The notes: generated from the sequence alone by a model not told the origin. A stretch of DNA of 64,000 nucleotides from Hyaloraphidium curvatum SAG 235-1 (GCA_025558095.1 JAIVFI010000039.1:248001-312000); one strand, 5' to 3'; positions 35,897 to 48,098 are shown, counted from the stretch's first letter. Program-made: numbers and translations.

Positions 35897-36814
35897 GGTT
35901 TCAGATGTGTCTCCTTGCGAAATGTCGGTTCTCGTTGGGTTTGTGGTTATGGTGCCTCGCTCCAAAAGCTAGGCACGCAATGAACTTCGAGTCGAAAATG
36001 CTCCGGAGTGTTGGCTTTGCGGAAGGCAAGTAGCCCTAGGCTCTCCTTCAATCAACGTGGGTTTTGTGCTGGAAAGGTGAAAGCAGTCAGTACCGAGCTA
36101 CCGAACAGGTTTACGAGCAACCGTGGCCGGATCATCGTCCCGGGAACCGCACTTCACATCTCCCATATGCCGCTATTCACCTTTAACGCCGAACAAGCTC
36201 CTTTTGTCGCTGCAAGGTCCTCTGAACGAAGATCTGGCCGCTGTTTCAGAGAAAAAACGAAAACGGTATACTGGTCGGGAGAGGACAACAGGAAATGAGC
36301 CGATGCCGAACAAAAAACCCAAAGAAAGAGCTCCGCCGGAGGAACGCCCGTCCAGCGGTCGCGGCGTCCGGTGGGGCCGCCCGCGCAGTGCCAGCGTGGC
36401 AACGCAAGCGCCGACCCTCGCCCCCGGCATGCCCTCGTCCACCACAGCGGTGCGGCAGTGATCATCGGCCCAAGTCCCATCGAAGAGGCGCCACGGCTCC
36501 AGCGGGGCGCCGTCAGGAAAGGGGAACCGCCGGTGCCTTTCCCACTCCGCCCTTCCCCGGGAACGATGCTCACCGGTCCCGTGCTTTGCGCGCTGTCGGG
36601 GAGAAAGATGATGTCTAAAGCAAATGTTTTTTTGGATTTGAAAGAGCGAGGAACTGGTGTTCCTGCTCCGACCCGGCCTGCCGATGAGAGAAAAGAAACG
36701 GGCTGCCGCCGCCCGCGCCCCTAGACCTCCCGATCACGAAATCGCAACCCTGCGAAGGAGACGAAGAAACTGATGTATTCGGTGGATTCGACACATATTC
36801 GGATGATAAGAGCC

Positions 36815-37676
36815 TCAGAACTTCTCGACAAAGGGGCGCAATTCAATTTCCCACGTCCACGCCGACCTGTCCTGCTTGTGGAGCTAGCGAAGCGACAGTC
36901 AGTTCGCTCTCTGACATCCAAACATGCAGCGCCCAGAGCAGCAACGACTCACGTGCCAGTAGGTGGCAGCGATCGAGTCGGGCTTGAGCATGCGGTCCTG
37001 TGCGTCGTTGCCGATGCCTCCGTCAATTATCGAGTGCACAACATGAATGCCTTTCGGAGAGAGCTCTCTCGCCATCGACTGGGCTAGTCCACGAAGCGCA
37101 AACTTGCCCTGGATGTCACGACGGGTTGTCAGTCAGAAAGGCGTCGCTGGAGCAACTTTGGTCCCACCATGGCGAAAGAAGAGGAATTCGGATAGCCCTT
37201 TACCGAAGCACTGGCACCGGTCAGAATGATTGTGCCACGTCCCTTCGGTAGCATCCGTATCGCAGCTTGCTGCGTAACCAAGAATCCGCCTGGGGAGCGC
37301 CGTTGGTATGCATTGCTGGCAACTGGGCACCCGCCGTACCGTAAGCCGACACCATCAAGGCCTTCTGCACAGCGATTGGATCGAGCTCTTCAATAGGGCC
37401 CCTCACGCGGCCAGATGCGTTGTAGCACACGAGGTCCGGAGAGCCAAGATCCCGTTCGACGTCGGCAACGAGCTTCTTCACGGCCTCGACGTCTGTTGCG
37501 TCGGCCGCGTAGGCCTTTGCTCCAGTCTCGTTCACGAGAGATTGCAGCTTGTCGACGTTGCGGGCAGCAACGGCCACGCGCATGCCGTTCTGCGCACAGA
37601 GCCGCGCCAGAGAGGCGGAGAGTCCGGGGCCCGTTCCGACGATGAGAGCGACCTCTCCGGCCGCGGGGGATGCCAT
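36815..37676 (-). CDS. Short-chain dehydrogenase/reductase (bacterial type), three introns
   Basis: ALIVGTGPGLSASLAR, YNASGR, TGASASVKG, KFALRGLAQSMAREL, C-terminal QDRSAWTWEIELRPFVEKF. Confidence 0.88.
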
Positions 37677-37994
37677 TCTCTGTAGATAGATAGAAGCTGC
37701 TAACTTGGATAGCTTGTATCGAGCTCGCCTCTTGATGATTCCGGGGGGGGAGACAGTTTCGCGAGCAGTTTCCCCTTGACGCAATTTGACGTGACTACTG
37801 ACATATTCGGGGGCCCCAGCAGACCAGCTCCACAAACCCAGACCGGTACGACATGGTTCGCACAGTCGACACATGTCAGCACTTAGCCGGTTGGCGGGCG
37901 ATGTATAGCAAACGGGCAAAGCTACATGGGTGCATATGCAATAACAACTGCGTCCAACTCACAACTCCCTGATCGCGGCGTCCGGCACCGTCCG

Positions 37995-40502
37995 TCAGTT
38001 GGTGCGCGAGAGCGTAATCGCCTTCTGCGTCTCGAAGTACTCGTTCTCCTCGACCTCTTTGCGGCGCGACAGGGTGTCGGCCTTGATCTGCTCGTCGCCC
38101 TGGTGGTAAGGGCGGTCCTCACGGTAGACGTAGTAGCGGGCGATGATCGTTTGTCCTATGGCCGCGGCGAACGCGATGCCGGCAATCATCCTGTTCGAGA
38201 GGGGGCGAGATCAGCAAATGGTGGGGGGCGGCGCATACTCCAGCCCACCATGTGTACTGGGTCATGGAGAGGACCTTGCCCGCGCCGGGCGCGGTGATCA
38301 TGGGCTCCAGCGAGTCCCAGAGCACGGCATCGAGCAGGTTGGCGATGGCCGAGGTGAGCAGCCACAGCGCGGCGGCCGAGGCCTTCATCTTGCTGCCGAC
38401 CTGCTCGTACGTGAAGTTGAGGCCCGAAATCGAGAAGAGAACTTCTCCGATCGTCATCACGAAGTACGGGATCCACTGCCACTGGAAGGGCCACGGGATA
38501 TTCAGCAGACAACGCGGCTGCAAGCAGCGGTTTGTCCCACCATGATGCTGACGTTGGGGTTGCGGCAGATCTCGTAGCCGTCGTAGTCGTAAGGCAGACA
38601 GTTCGACTCGATCCAGTCTGCAAGCCACCATCAGCGGCATCTCGCCGGCAAGACTCGAGCCTACTCACACTGCAGGCCGTTGGACACGCAGAAGGCGGCG
38701 CCGGCAAAGAACATGCCGACCGCCATGCGGTAGACGAGCGGGAACTTGGTCCTCTTTTCGATCTGGGGGTAGATGAACTGCGTGAACACGGGGACGAGAG
38801 CCAGGATGAGGAGGGGGTTCTGTTTGCCGGGCGCTGTCAGCGCGGTCATCTGGTACTGCATGCCAGCCACAACTCGCCATGATTGCCGCCGCCATCTCGT
38901 CATTGAACGCGCCGAGGGGCTGCATCTGCATGCCCTGGTTGGCCCTGGTGCGCTGCGTTTAGCACAATGTGAAGGTTCCCCGGTGCAGCCGCGGCCCACC
39001 AGAGAACGTAGTTCTGGTCGAAAGCCATCCAGAAAGCCGGGCAAAGGGCGAGCGGAGGGAAAAGGTACAGCGTGTCCATGGTCTCGTCGGCCATCTCCTC
39101 GCCCGCGACGTCGTCGGCGATGGCGCAGAAGTGGCGGTACTTGGACAGCTCCTCCTTGGACTTGCCCCAGCGGCGGGAGAGGGAGACGAACGAAATCTTC
39201 ATGACAACCCAAGGGACGAAGGTGCCGAGGGGCGGGACGACGCGGTAAACGCGGTCGCCGATCCAGAAGAGGGTAAGCTGCAGAGGATCGAAATCAGCAG
39301 AAGACCTCGATGGGACTCAAGCATGCTCACCGCGATGCCGAAAACCATGGCGCAGGTGCCAAAGGCCCAGGTGTAGCAAGTGTCGACGCCGCCGCAGCTA
39401 AGCTGCCTGATCGCGGGGATGACGAAGCCTGCCACGAGACTGCCGATGTTGATTGACATGTAGAACTGTGCCGATCATGGGGACGTGAGCAAAGTCGGCA
39501 GGGAACGACGGGAAAGCGCTCACGTAGTTATAGAACTGGTTCAGGAGCACCTTCTGCTCCGGCAAGAACTGGTCACCGCCGTGCGAAGACACGCAGGGCT
39601 TGATGGCGCCGGCGCCGAGCTGGAATCCCAAGAGCCCAGTCAGTAAGGCTCTCAATCTCACTAGACCCCGCCTGGATACCCACAGCGATCAGCATGAGGC
39701 CAGTGACGGCCATTCCCGAGCTCATGATGGTCGGGGAGGCCGAGACGGCCATGAGGATGATGCCGGCGAGGTACACGAATGAACCGATCAGGATGGTCTT
39801 GAACTTGGTCAGGAACGAGTCGGAAATGGCCGCTCCGACGAGCGGGAAGAAGTACGAGAACATGGTGAAGATGTACACCATGGTGCCGCCGAACGCAAGG
39901 CCCATGTTCAGGTAGATCCCGAGGAAGTTCTTGAGGAGGGGCTTCACGCCGTAATAGGTGAAGCGCTCGCCCGCCTCGTTGGGGACTGCGGGACGGAAAG
40001 ACCTCAGCAACCCATCCCCGTGCCACAGGCAAGGCCAGCGACCCACCGATGTACCACACGGCAGCCGGCATCCTGTCCGGGTGCTCGCGCAGCTTCGCGT
40101 CCAGCTTGGCGTTCCACTCGATCTCCTTCATCTTGAGCTCGCGCTCCTTCTCGCTCATCCCCGCGAAGAGGTCCTCCGCCATGCCGTCGGCCTGTTTCCG
40201 GGGCCATCGGGCGCGCGGAGCGCCGGGAAAAGGGGCAGGGAAAACGGGGATTCGCTTCAGGGCCCCGGTTCCCCACAACCGTCCTCGTCACCCACGGCGC
40301 TCTTATCCACCGGGTAATCGGTTTTATCTTCCCGGGTCCCCGCTCTCGTGGCCGGCTCCGCGCTCGTAGCTGCCTCCTTGGCCTCGACCACCGCGTCCGC
40401 AGTGTTGGAAGTCGAAGAGGAGGAAAGGGGCATCCGCACGGCCTCGGGAGCGCCGTTCAGCGGCTCCAGCGGCACCGCGTTGGTGGCGTCCGGCGTGGAC
40501 AT
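37995..40502 (-). CDS. PTR2: POT/PTR2 proton-dependent oligopeptide transporter, many introns
   Basis: NEAGERFTYYG, GAGAIKPCVSSHGGDQF, YMSINIGS, GEVLFSISGLNFTYEQ. Confidence 0.92.
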
Positions 40503-41149
40503 GTTGCCGGGACGCGGATGGGAACGGGCAGCAGCTTCCGGGACCTCGTTTCCGAACTCCTGAAGATTGTGGAGGTGGGGGCCCTGATCTCGAGCCGTCA
40601 GGCGGAGCAGCCCCTAGGCCGCGGCCGCCCGCTCGATCCGATCGGCGCAGCTTGACCGGTCGCCGCATTATGCAATGCGATGCGCTGGAGAAGTTGCCGG
40701 CAAGGATGCTCTGATGTGCTTATGTGCCGAAAGTCGTTCGCGGGGGACGAGGGTCCAAGTCCCCCATCCTTTCGAAAGCCCCGACGCCGACGGAGAGATG
40801 TGACCGGTTGCAATCTAGATCCTATCGTACAGCCGCTACAATGCATTCGTGTCTATCGCCTTCCCTTCGCCCGGCCCCAGGCCGTCCAAGGTCGTCGTAC
40901 GTATCTGCACAAGCCAATGCCGCGTGCCCAAGATGACAAAGTTCTCCGGCCGCCATGGATGCTCCACGCCCGCATCGCAGCGGGCCGTCTCCCTGTACAA
41001 GCCTGTCCATTATACCACATCCGTGATCGAGTAGTGTGGAAGAGCGGAATCGTTGGTTCGTTGTGTGCGCGGATGCGCATCGAGCAAGAGTCTGGTGAAG
41101 AGTCCGCGCCGCGAGGGCAATCGCGGCGGTCGCTCGCAAGAGGAATGCG

Positions 41150-42146
41150 TCAGCACATGGCCAGCGCGCTGGCGCGGTGCTCCGCAAAGGAGGCCCCGTC
41201 GAGGTCGTCCCGGGCGTCGACGTAGGTCGGCGACCCGGCCATGTCCGAGCACGGGTCAAAGTACGGGCCGAAGCCGCATTCGGCGGCCGGGCTGAGGGCG
41301 TGCTCGGGCGCGGGCACGAAGCTCGGCGAGATGGGCGGGCTGGGGTAGCCGGCGGCGCATTCGGGCTGCTGCAGGTGCAGCGGCCTCGGCCTGCCGTACG
41401 AGACGGTGCCATCGGCGTCGGGGGTCGCGCGCTTCATCTCTTGCCGGTAGCGGATGAGCTCGATGACGTCGTCGCGGGTGAGGTCCGACATGGGCATCGA
41501 CGAGCGGTCGTAGCTGGCCGGCGGGTACGTGTAGCGCACCTGGATGGGGGGCGGCCGGGGTGCGGGGCGGATCGAGGGATGCGATGCGAAGCAGCAGCGG
41601 GTCGCAGAGGGCGGGCAGAGGGGGATGCGGGGGTCAGAAGCGGCGCAGGGGGGTGAGGCGCACCCGACGCACCTGCACGACCTCGAAGAACCTGACCGAC
41701 CTGGCCGACTTGTCGGAGCCGGAGGACGCCAGCGACGACACCGAGGCCTCGCGCGAGACCTGGCGCAGCACGGCCACGCGGCTTGCGGCAGCCTCGTCCG
41801 GCGACTCGCGGGGGCGTTCGGGGGCGGCGGGCGCGGGCAGCAGCGCGGCGGCGGGTGCGGCGGCGGGGCCGGCGGGGAGCGCCGACGGCGGCGGCGACGG
41901 GTAGCGGCCGGCGAGCGGCGGGGGCGTCGGCGGCGGCACCTGCGGCGAGGCGCTGCCCCAGCGGGTGGGCGCGGGCGGCCGCGGCGGCGGCGCGCCCCGC
42001 GCGGCCGCGAACAGCGGGGCGGCGGCGGCCTCGGCCGCGCGCTGCGCAGCGGAGCGCCCCCGCGCGTCGCCCGACGGCGCGCCGAACGGGGGGCCGTCCG
42101 CGAAAAAGACGGGCGCCGCGAGAAAGTCAAATGCCGCGGCGGCCAT
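41150..42146 (-). CDS. Putative PP1/Glc7 regulatory subunit (RVxF motif, Bni4/neurabin-type), one intron
   Basis: Spliced RSVRFFEVVQ-VRYTYPPASYDRS...LTRDDVIELIRYRQEM. Confidence 0.55.
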
Positions 42147-43194
42147 CGCGGGCGCGGCGGCGGCGGGCGCGGGGCGTGAGGCAGAGGTCGCGCCCGGCGG
42201 GAGGCGTGGGCGAGAGAGGGAGAGTGGTCCGAGCACCGAAGAAGGAGCGACGGGGGTTGGAGGAGGGAAGATCGTCGGGAGTCTGGACCGACCTTTTCGA
42301 CGGCCACCGACTCGACGACTCGACGAGAGGCTTCCTCGTCGAATCGCCCAACGCAGCCGTCAGTTCAAATTCGACGACTCTCTGGTGGGCTTCAAAGGAC
42401 GCAGCTTGCGGGTTTCCGGCGCCCTTCGTGCATGTCGAGGCGCTTGTCTTCTGGTTGCTATTTTTGGGCAGCATCGTCTCCTGTGCAATTCTGTGCATCG
42501 CCCTACGTCCTGGAGGCTGAGGAATAACTTCTTTGGCGAGCCTGCCCCTCCGGTGGGGCATTCCGGGGCGGATTTCGATGCTCGCCGACCATCTGCCTCC
42601 CACTCTAGAACCCGGGCAGGACCGAAACCTGACATAATCGCCCCCGAGAACCGCCGGACGGTGATTTTAGACGATCGGAAAGCATTCTGGTCATTGCACT
42701 GTGCGGCCTCGGTCGTCCGGCCAGCTTTTTCTCCCTCTTCGTCTATGTCACAAGTCCCTTTCACCATACGGGGCACTGACTCAAAGGGGTTTCAATTCTC
42801 AATTCCCGCGCCCTGGAATCGATCTGCGCGGACCCGGGACTTTTCGGGTCCGCGGGCGGCGTCAGAGCGGCGAAGCGGCGAAGCCCGCACCAGACTCGGT
42901 GAGCCTGGTAGGAGGCGCGTCGGCTGGAATAAGAAAGCGTCTGCTTTTCGTCGCAACTCTAGAAGGACGTTGTGTACGTGTCGACTGTCTCGTTGAACGG
43001 CGGGTCCTCCGCGGCCCCAGGTCCGCCCCATTCTCGATGGGAGAGCTCACTAAAGGAATTGAGGTCCCGATTCGATTCTTTTCCGGGAGCAACTGTCAGG
43101 ACGACAATGGGGAGGGCTCGAGGTGCACTCTGCGGTTGGTGGTTACCGCAGGTGACGCTGCCGACCGTGCGGCATCCCGACCCCGTCCCCAACA

Positions 43195-44225
43195 ATGCGT
43201 ACCATCCTCTTTCTTGGCCTCCTCCTGGCCATCGCCTTGCTGCTCCTGACGCCGGACGATGCCGACGGCGCCACCACGCGCCGGAAATCCTCGGCGCGGC
43301 GGCGCACCACGTCCCGAAGACGTACGACAACCCGGCGCCGGACCACCACGCGGCGGAAGCGGACGACGGCGGCCCCATCGCCTACCTGGCTCCGCCCGCG
43401 GCCGCATCAATACAGCTGGAACTACCAGCTGAGCGTCGATGCCGCAAATCCCCTCAACACGACGCTTCCGGGCGTGGACCTTTATGTCATTGACGTGTTC
43501 GACACCCCGCCCGCCGCCGTCGCCGCGGCAAAATCCCGCGCCACAAAGGTCATCTGCTACTTTTCCGCCGGCTCCTACGAGGATTGGCGCCCCGACAAGG
43601 CGTCCTTCCCGGCCGCCGTCGTCGGCGAGGGCCTGGACGGCTGGCCGGGCGAGCGCTGGCTCGACGTCCGGCGTCTGGACGTGCTCCGCCCCATCATGGC
43701 GTCGCGTATCGCGCTGGCGAAACAGAAGGGGTGCGATGGGGTGGACCCCGACAACGTCGACGCGGCGTTCCAGGGCGAGACGCCGGCGCAGGTGCTTGCC
43801 AACACCGGGTTCCCACTGACGGCGGCGCACCAGCTGGCCTACAATCGGATGCTCGCGGACGAGGCGCACAAACTTGGTCTGGCGGTCGGGCTGAAGAATT
43901 GCATCAGCCTGATACCGCAGCTTGTGCCTCATTTTGACTTCGGTGAGTCTCCGACCGCTCCATTGTTGCTGGCGGCTCCCTCATCCCTCCCACGACGACA
44001 GCTGTCAACGAGCAATGCCTCGACTACAGCGAGTGCGGCTCCTATGCCCCTTTCCTCTCGGCGAACAAGGCCGTCCTCGCGGTGATGTACGACTGGACCG
44101 ACGCGAACAAGGGCTCGGTGTGCCGCTCGGCGAACTCGTTCGGACTGGACGCGCTGTTGAAGCGGCAGGATCAGATGCTGACGGCGCTTCCGAGGGTGGA
44201 TTGCTGGAGGGAGTTTCAGAGCTAA
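43195..44225 (+). CDS. Secreted GH114 endo-alpha-1,4-polygalactosaminidase (Ega3-like), one intron
   Basis: Signal peptide, WNYQL, ICYFSAGSYEDWRPD, KGCDGVDPDNVD, GLKN, AVNEQC. Confidence 0.9.
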
Positions 44226-44269
44226 TGGCGGAGAGTGTCCCTCTGTTGGGAGAGATATTCAAAAACTGC

Positions 44270-45365
44270 TCATGATCCACCATTCGGCGGTCTTCCCGCC
44301 CGCGTGGCCATCAGATACTGTGTGAACGCCTGTGGATAATTCGGGTGGTTTGGTTGCATCAATGCCTGCATCTGTGCGTCCGTGAGCATCGCCAGATTAA
44401 TCCCCCCAAGACCTGCACCAGGCTGCCCCTGAGCAGGCTGCCGCAAAGGCTGCGGCAGAGGCCTTCGCCCCTGTTGGTGCGGCTCCGCAGGCTGCCCCTG
44501 CCGCTGTGCGAGCTGACCTTGACCTTCCAACGGCCGCTGTGCCACCTGCGGCTGCGAAAGATGGGTGATCGTCCCACTCAGCTCCGGCAATTAGTGCTGA
44601 TTGAGGTGGGATTTCGCTAGAAACCTGACGGACGTAGAGAACGATCTGTATCAACATGAACGATTCTGGCCCCTCGTTGAAGATGCAGGTGTCAGGATCG
44701 AAGTCGCCCTTCTCAACGTAGCGCTCGAAGCCGAACTCGTCGCCGGCCCTCAGAATGGCAGGTCCCAATGTTTTGGCAAATCCAGTGACGTCCCGGCCAG
44801 CCCCATCGAAATCCTTCAGGAAGCGCCAAAACTTCGCCACGACCTTCGCCGAGCCGACGCCGGCGGTAGGCTTGAGCTCCAGCGAAAGACTCATGTTCGT
44901 TGGCAGTGGTCTGGCCTTGATGCAGAAGGTACCTCCACAGTAGAAGGGTGCCGATGATATCAACTGATCGAAGCTGCACGAAGGAAGCGGAAGCTTCAAG
45001 TTCATCACGACACGGTTGGGGCTGGACGATCGCAGTGCGTCGACTTCTTGCTGGAGGTTTGCGACCCTCCAAGACGTTGCCGTCGAGCCGCGCAGGTCTT
45101 CCACAACCGCCCGCAAGGCTCTGTTCTGCTCCCTCAGGTCCGCCATTTCCCGGGCCATTGCCGCCACTTCCAGCCGGAGGTGAGGCACCTGGTTTAGGGG
45201 CTCATGGTCCTTCAGCTGTTCCTGCGTCCCGCTGTACGCACAACCGGGCACCGGGCAGTCGAACAGCTTCGTCGGGCAATCCCTGGCACCGTGGTCCACC
45301 AGGTCCGAGATTTCGACGAGCTTCCCGCATTTGTCCGGGCATTTGACCCGGTGGCGGAGGTACCC
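44270..45365 (-). pseudogene. 5'-truncated TRAF-like protein (zinc fingers, coiled coil, MATH-like domain)
   Basis: VKCPDKCG...HGARDCP...CPVPGC...H, a coiled coil, and SAPFY...FGFERY. The upstream frame hits a stop with no start codon. Confidence 0.6.
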
Positions 45366-45392
45366 GAGTGTTCACGCCGGCGCGCAGAATAC

Positions 45393-45689
45393 ATGGACGC
45401 GGCCGTCCGCGACATCGACGCCAAGTTCGGCGCCGGCTTCTCCAAAAAGCACCCCGAGCTCGTCGGCGCCTACATGCAGACCGCTGCCGCCGACTATGCC
45501 GCCGCGGTGACGACGCAGGCGTACCAGGAACGCACCGAGGTGTTCGACTCCATCAGCGGCAGCCTCGGGGAGATGGCCGGCGCCCTGCGGGACGCCAACG
45601 ATCCGTCCAGGGACGCTGCGGATGCCTCGGATGGGATCAAGGAGGCACTGCAGGCGGATGCGCTCGACAAGAGGCGCAAGCTTGCCTAG
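45393..45689 (+). CDS. Small protein resembling a prophage/satellite hypothetical protein; possibly 5'-truncated
   Basis: IDAKFGAGFSKKHPELVGAYMQTAAADY matches a recalled pattern (ID..FG.GYA..HPELV.A.M..AA). Strong GC3 bias. Confidence 0.5.
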   Translation: MDAAVRDIDAKFGAGFSKKHPELVGAYMQTAAADYAAAVTTQAYQERTEVFDSISGSLGEMAGALRDANDPSRDAADASDGIKEALQADALDKRRKLA

Positions 45690-45870
45690 CGGGTTGATTC
45701 GGACAATCTGGCTGGCGGAGGCATCTTGCGCACACAACGAACATCATGTCCTGGTTTCAATGTTGGGAGGCAGAATGGACATTGGACCCTCTTGCTTCTT
45801 AGGACAGGTCTTTGCAGCCATCATAAGCTCGATGCCAGGGCGGCAGCGGCCCCGCATCCATCGCGCTGCC

Positions 45871-47880
45871 TCACCCTCCCTTCTTCCACGCCTCGACGAT
45901 CCACGTGAGCCCCACCGCGAACCCGTACCTGACCTCCATCGCCCTCTCCACCGCCCTCTTGTTCCCCTCGGAATTCCCCACGTCGTGGAACGCAAACACC
46001 GTCCCCCTGTCCGACCGCAGGAACCTCCCCCAGTCCTTTGCATGCGCCGCGATCTCCTCCTCCCCATGCGCCGCGTCGGTCCACACGAGCTCGTACCCCA
46101 GGTCCGGCACCGTCTCCCCCGCCACCACCGTGACGTCTTCGAGCACCCCCGCGCGGGCGAGCCCCGAGCGGAGGTAGGACAGCTGCCCGCCGTGCTTTTC
46201 GAAGGTCTCCCGGAACGTCGGAGGGTGCGTGCGGTACAGCTCCCCCGGGACCGAGACCAGCCTGCGCCCGCGGCTGTGGAGCGTGGCCTGCGACGCGGGG
46301 TCCGTGGCGTTGTCGTACGACCAGTAGTACGGCGCGTGCGATTCGGGGAAGCCGGATGCGGATTGCATCGTGTCCGCGCCCACCGGGAACAGATCCGCAG
46401 TGACGAATGTCCGTCCCGGTACGCCCGATGCCTGGATGCCCTTTGCGATGCACACGGTGGAGCGCCCGCGGTACGGGCCCTGCTCGTAGACGTTGCCCCG
46501 TGTGCGGCGGGCGAGGATGAAGAGGAGGCAGCACTCGCTGTCGAGCGTCCAGCCCTCGGGGAGCAGCGAGGCAAAGGGGCGGAAGCAGGTGGGCATGCCG
46601 GCGTCGAGCTCGCGGTCGATTTCGGCGCGGATGGCGCGGAGGTCGAAGCGGGGGGGGTCCGATGCGTCAGGTGCTGCCGGGCGGTTGCCGTCGCCGATCG
46701 GCGCCGCAGGAGCCTCCGCAGCCTTTGTGTAGGCCGTTGCGTCCACAATGCTGTCCGTCGCCGCATTGCGGTCCTCCGCTGCGCTACGGTCCTCACTCGG
46801 ACCCTGCTCTGCAGCGTCCGGGTACCATTTCCGCAGCACCCTCCGCACGAGCTCGTCGACGTGGCCTTCTTCCTCCTCCCTCCTCCTTTTCAGGTGATCC
46901 CTGACCAGGCCCAGAGTGCTCTTTGCCGACGGCAGATCCTCCTCACCGTACGCGATGCCGTACTTGTAGTCATCCTCGGCCGTCGCCAGCCACTCCTCCT
47001 TGGTCACCCCCGGCACCTTTTCCACGACCGCCGGACACCCCGCCGACGCCGCCTCCACGGCCCGGAAAGTCAGCGGATCCCGAGTTACAAAGAGCTCCGC
47101 GCGCGAAAACAGCTCCAGCCGGCGGCGCTTGCCCTCGTCCTTGGAGAGCAGGAAGGCGCCGCGCGCGCGGGCCTCGGCCGCGGGGTCGACCTTGGGGATC
47201 GCCACGGTGCGGTTGCCGGCGCGCCAGCGGCTCTTGCGGGCAAAGTAGATGGTCCCCTTTCGGGGGCGGCGGTCGCCGCCGGGCAGGCCGCGGTAGTGGT
47301 CGGGGTAGTAGTCCGTCACGCGGAGGTGGAAGGGGTCCTTGTGCGCCAGCTCCGCGCACACGCCCATGGCGTAGCACGCGATCAGGTCCTCCGACGCGTC
47401 GTAGGATGCCGCATCCGGGCCGCTGTTGGCGCCCGGAAAATACAGCATCCAGCGCACCACGCGCTGCGCCTGGAGCGGGTTGCCGAAGATGATCTCGGGG
47501 TACACGACCACGCCGTCGCGCGGGTCGATCCACGCGGGCAGCCCCGGCGTCGCGTAGCCGGAGTTTGTGGGACTGCCAGCGGACTGGCCCCACGGCACGA
47601 TGAATGCGGCCGACGGCTCGCCGCGCGCCGAGAAGCGCCTGTTGAGGCGGTCGACCAGCGCGTGCAGCACGGTTGTGCCGCCCGAGGACTCGGTGTACGG
47701 CGGCGCGACAACCGCGAAGAAGAGGCCGCCGGGGAGGGCGGCCGGGCGGGCGCCGGGCGGGGTTGGCGGGGGAGCCGCGGCGGCGCGAGGCGGGGGCAGC
47801 CGGGGGACGCGGCCCCACGCCGCGAGGGCGAGCAGCAGCGCGAGTGCCAGAGAGGCGAGCAGCACCCGCAGTCCAGCCAT
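45871..47880 (-). CDS. Signal-anchored WavQ-like glycosyltransferase-like domain fused to a class I SAM methyltransferase (Methyltransf_24-like), intronless
   Basis: N-terminal TM segment; SGGTTVLHALVDRLN, VVYPEI..GNPL.A.RVVRWML, DPLTF..VEAA..GC, KYGIAYG; then EQGPYRGRST, VWTDAAH, FAFHD. Confidence 0.75.
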   Translation of the reverse strand: MAGLRVLLASLALALLLALAAWGRVPRLPPPRAAAAPPPTPPGARPAALPGGLFFAVVAPPYTESSGGTTVLHALVDRLNRRFSARGEPSAAFIVPWGQSAGSPTNSGYATPGLPAWIDPRDGVVVYPEIIFGNPLQAQRVVRWMLYFPGANSGPDAASYDASEDLIACYAMGVCAELAHKDPFHLRVTDYYPDHYRGLPGGDRRPRKGTIYFARKSRWRAGNRTVAIPKVDPAAEARARGAFLLSKDEGKRRRLELFSRAELFVTRDPLTFRAVEAASAGCPAVVEKVPGVTKEEWLATAEDDYKYGIAYGEEDLPSAKSTLGLVRDHLKRRREEEEGHVDELVRRVLRKWYPDAAEQGPSEDRSAAEDRNAATDSIVDATAYTKAAEAPAAPIGDGNRPAAPDASDPPRFDLRAIRAEIDRELDAGMPTCFRPFASLLPEGWTLDSECCLLFILARRTRGNVYEQGPYRGRSTVCIAKGIQASGVPGRTFVTADLFPVGADTMQSASGFPESHAPYYWSYDNATDPASQATLHSRGRRLVSVPGELYRTHPPTFRETFEKHGGQLSYLRSGLARAGVLEDVTVVAGETVPDLGYELVWTDAAHGEEEIAAHAKDWGRFLRSDRGTVFAFHDVGNSEGNKRAVERAMEVRYGFAVGLTWIVEAWKKGG

Positions 47881-48013
47881 CCTCCCGCGCCCACTCCACT
47901 CGCTGGTCGCCGGGGTGACTCCCCATCCCTTGCTGTCCCTCCCTGTCCCCTGCATCCCGGCCCCCGCCCGATCCCCCAAACCCCAAACACACACTCCTCC
48001 CCATCGCCCCGCC

Positions 48014-48098
48014 ATGGCCGGGCTGCGGTGCGCATCCGACGCATTCGACTCGCGCCTGTTCGGCTTCGGCGTGGCGCGCCTCGCCGTGCTCCGCGGCG
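48014..48098 (+). pseudogene. Detached N-terminus of the WecD-WecE fusion gene
   Basis: MAGLRCASDAFDSRLFGFGVARL matches the WecD-type N-terminal motif (W/F-DS-xx-FG-xxx-ARL). It ends in CCGCGGCG, in frame with 50497. Confidence 0.7.
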
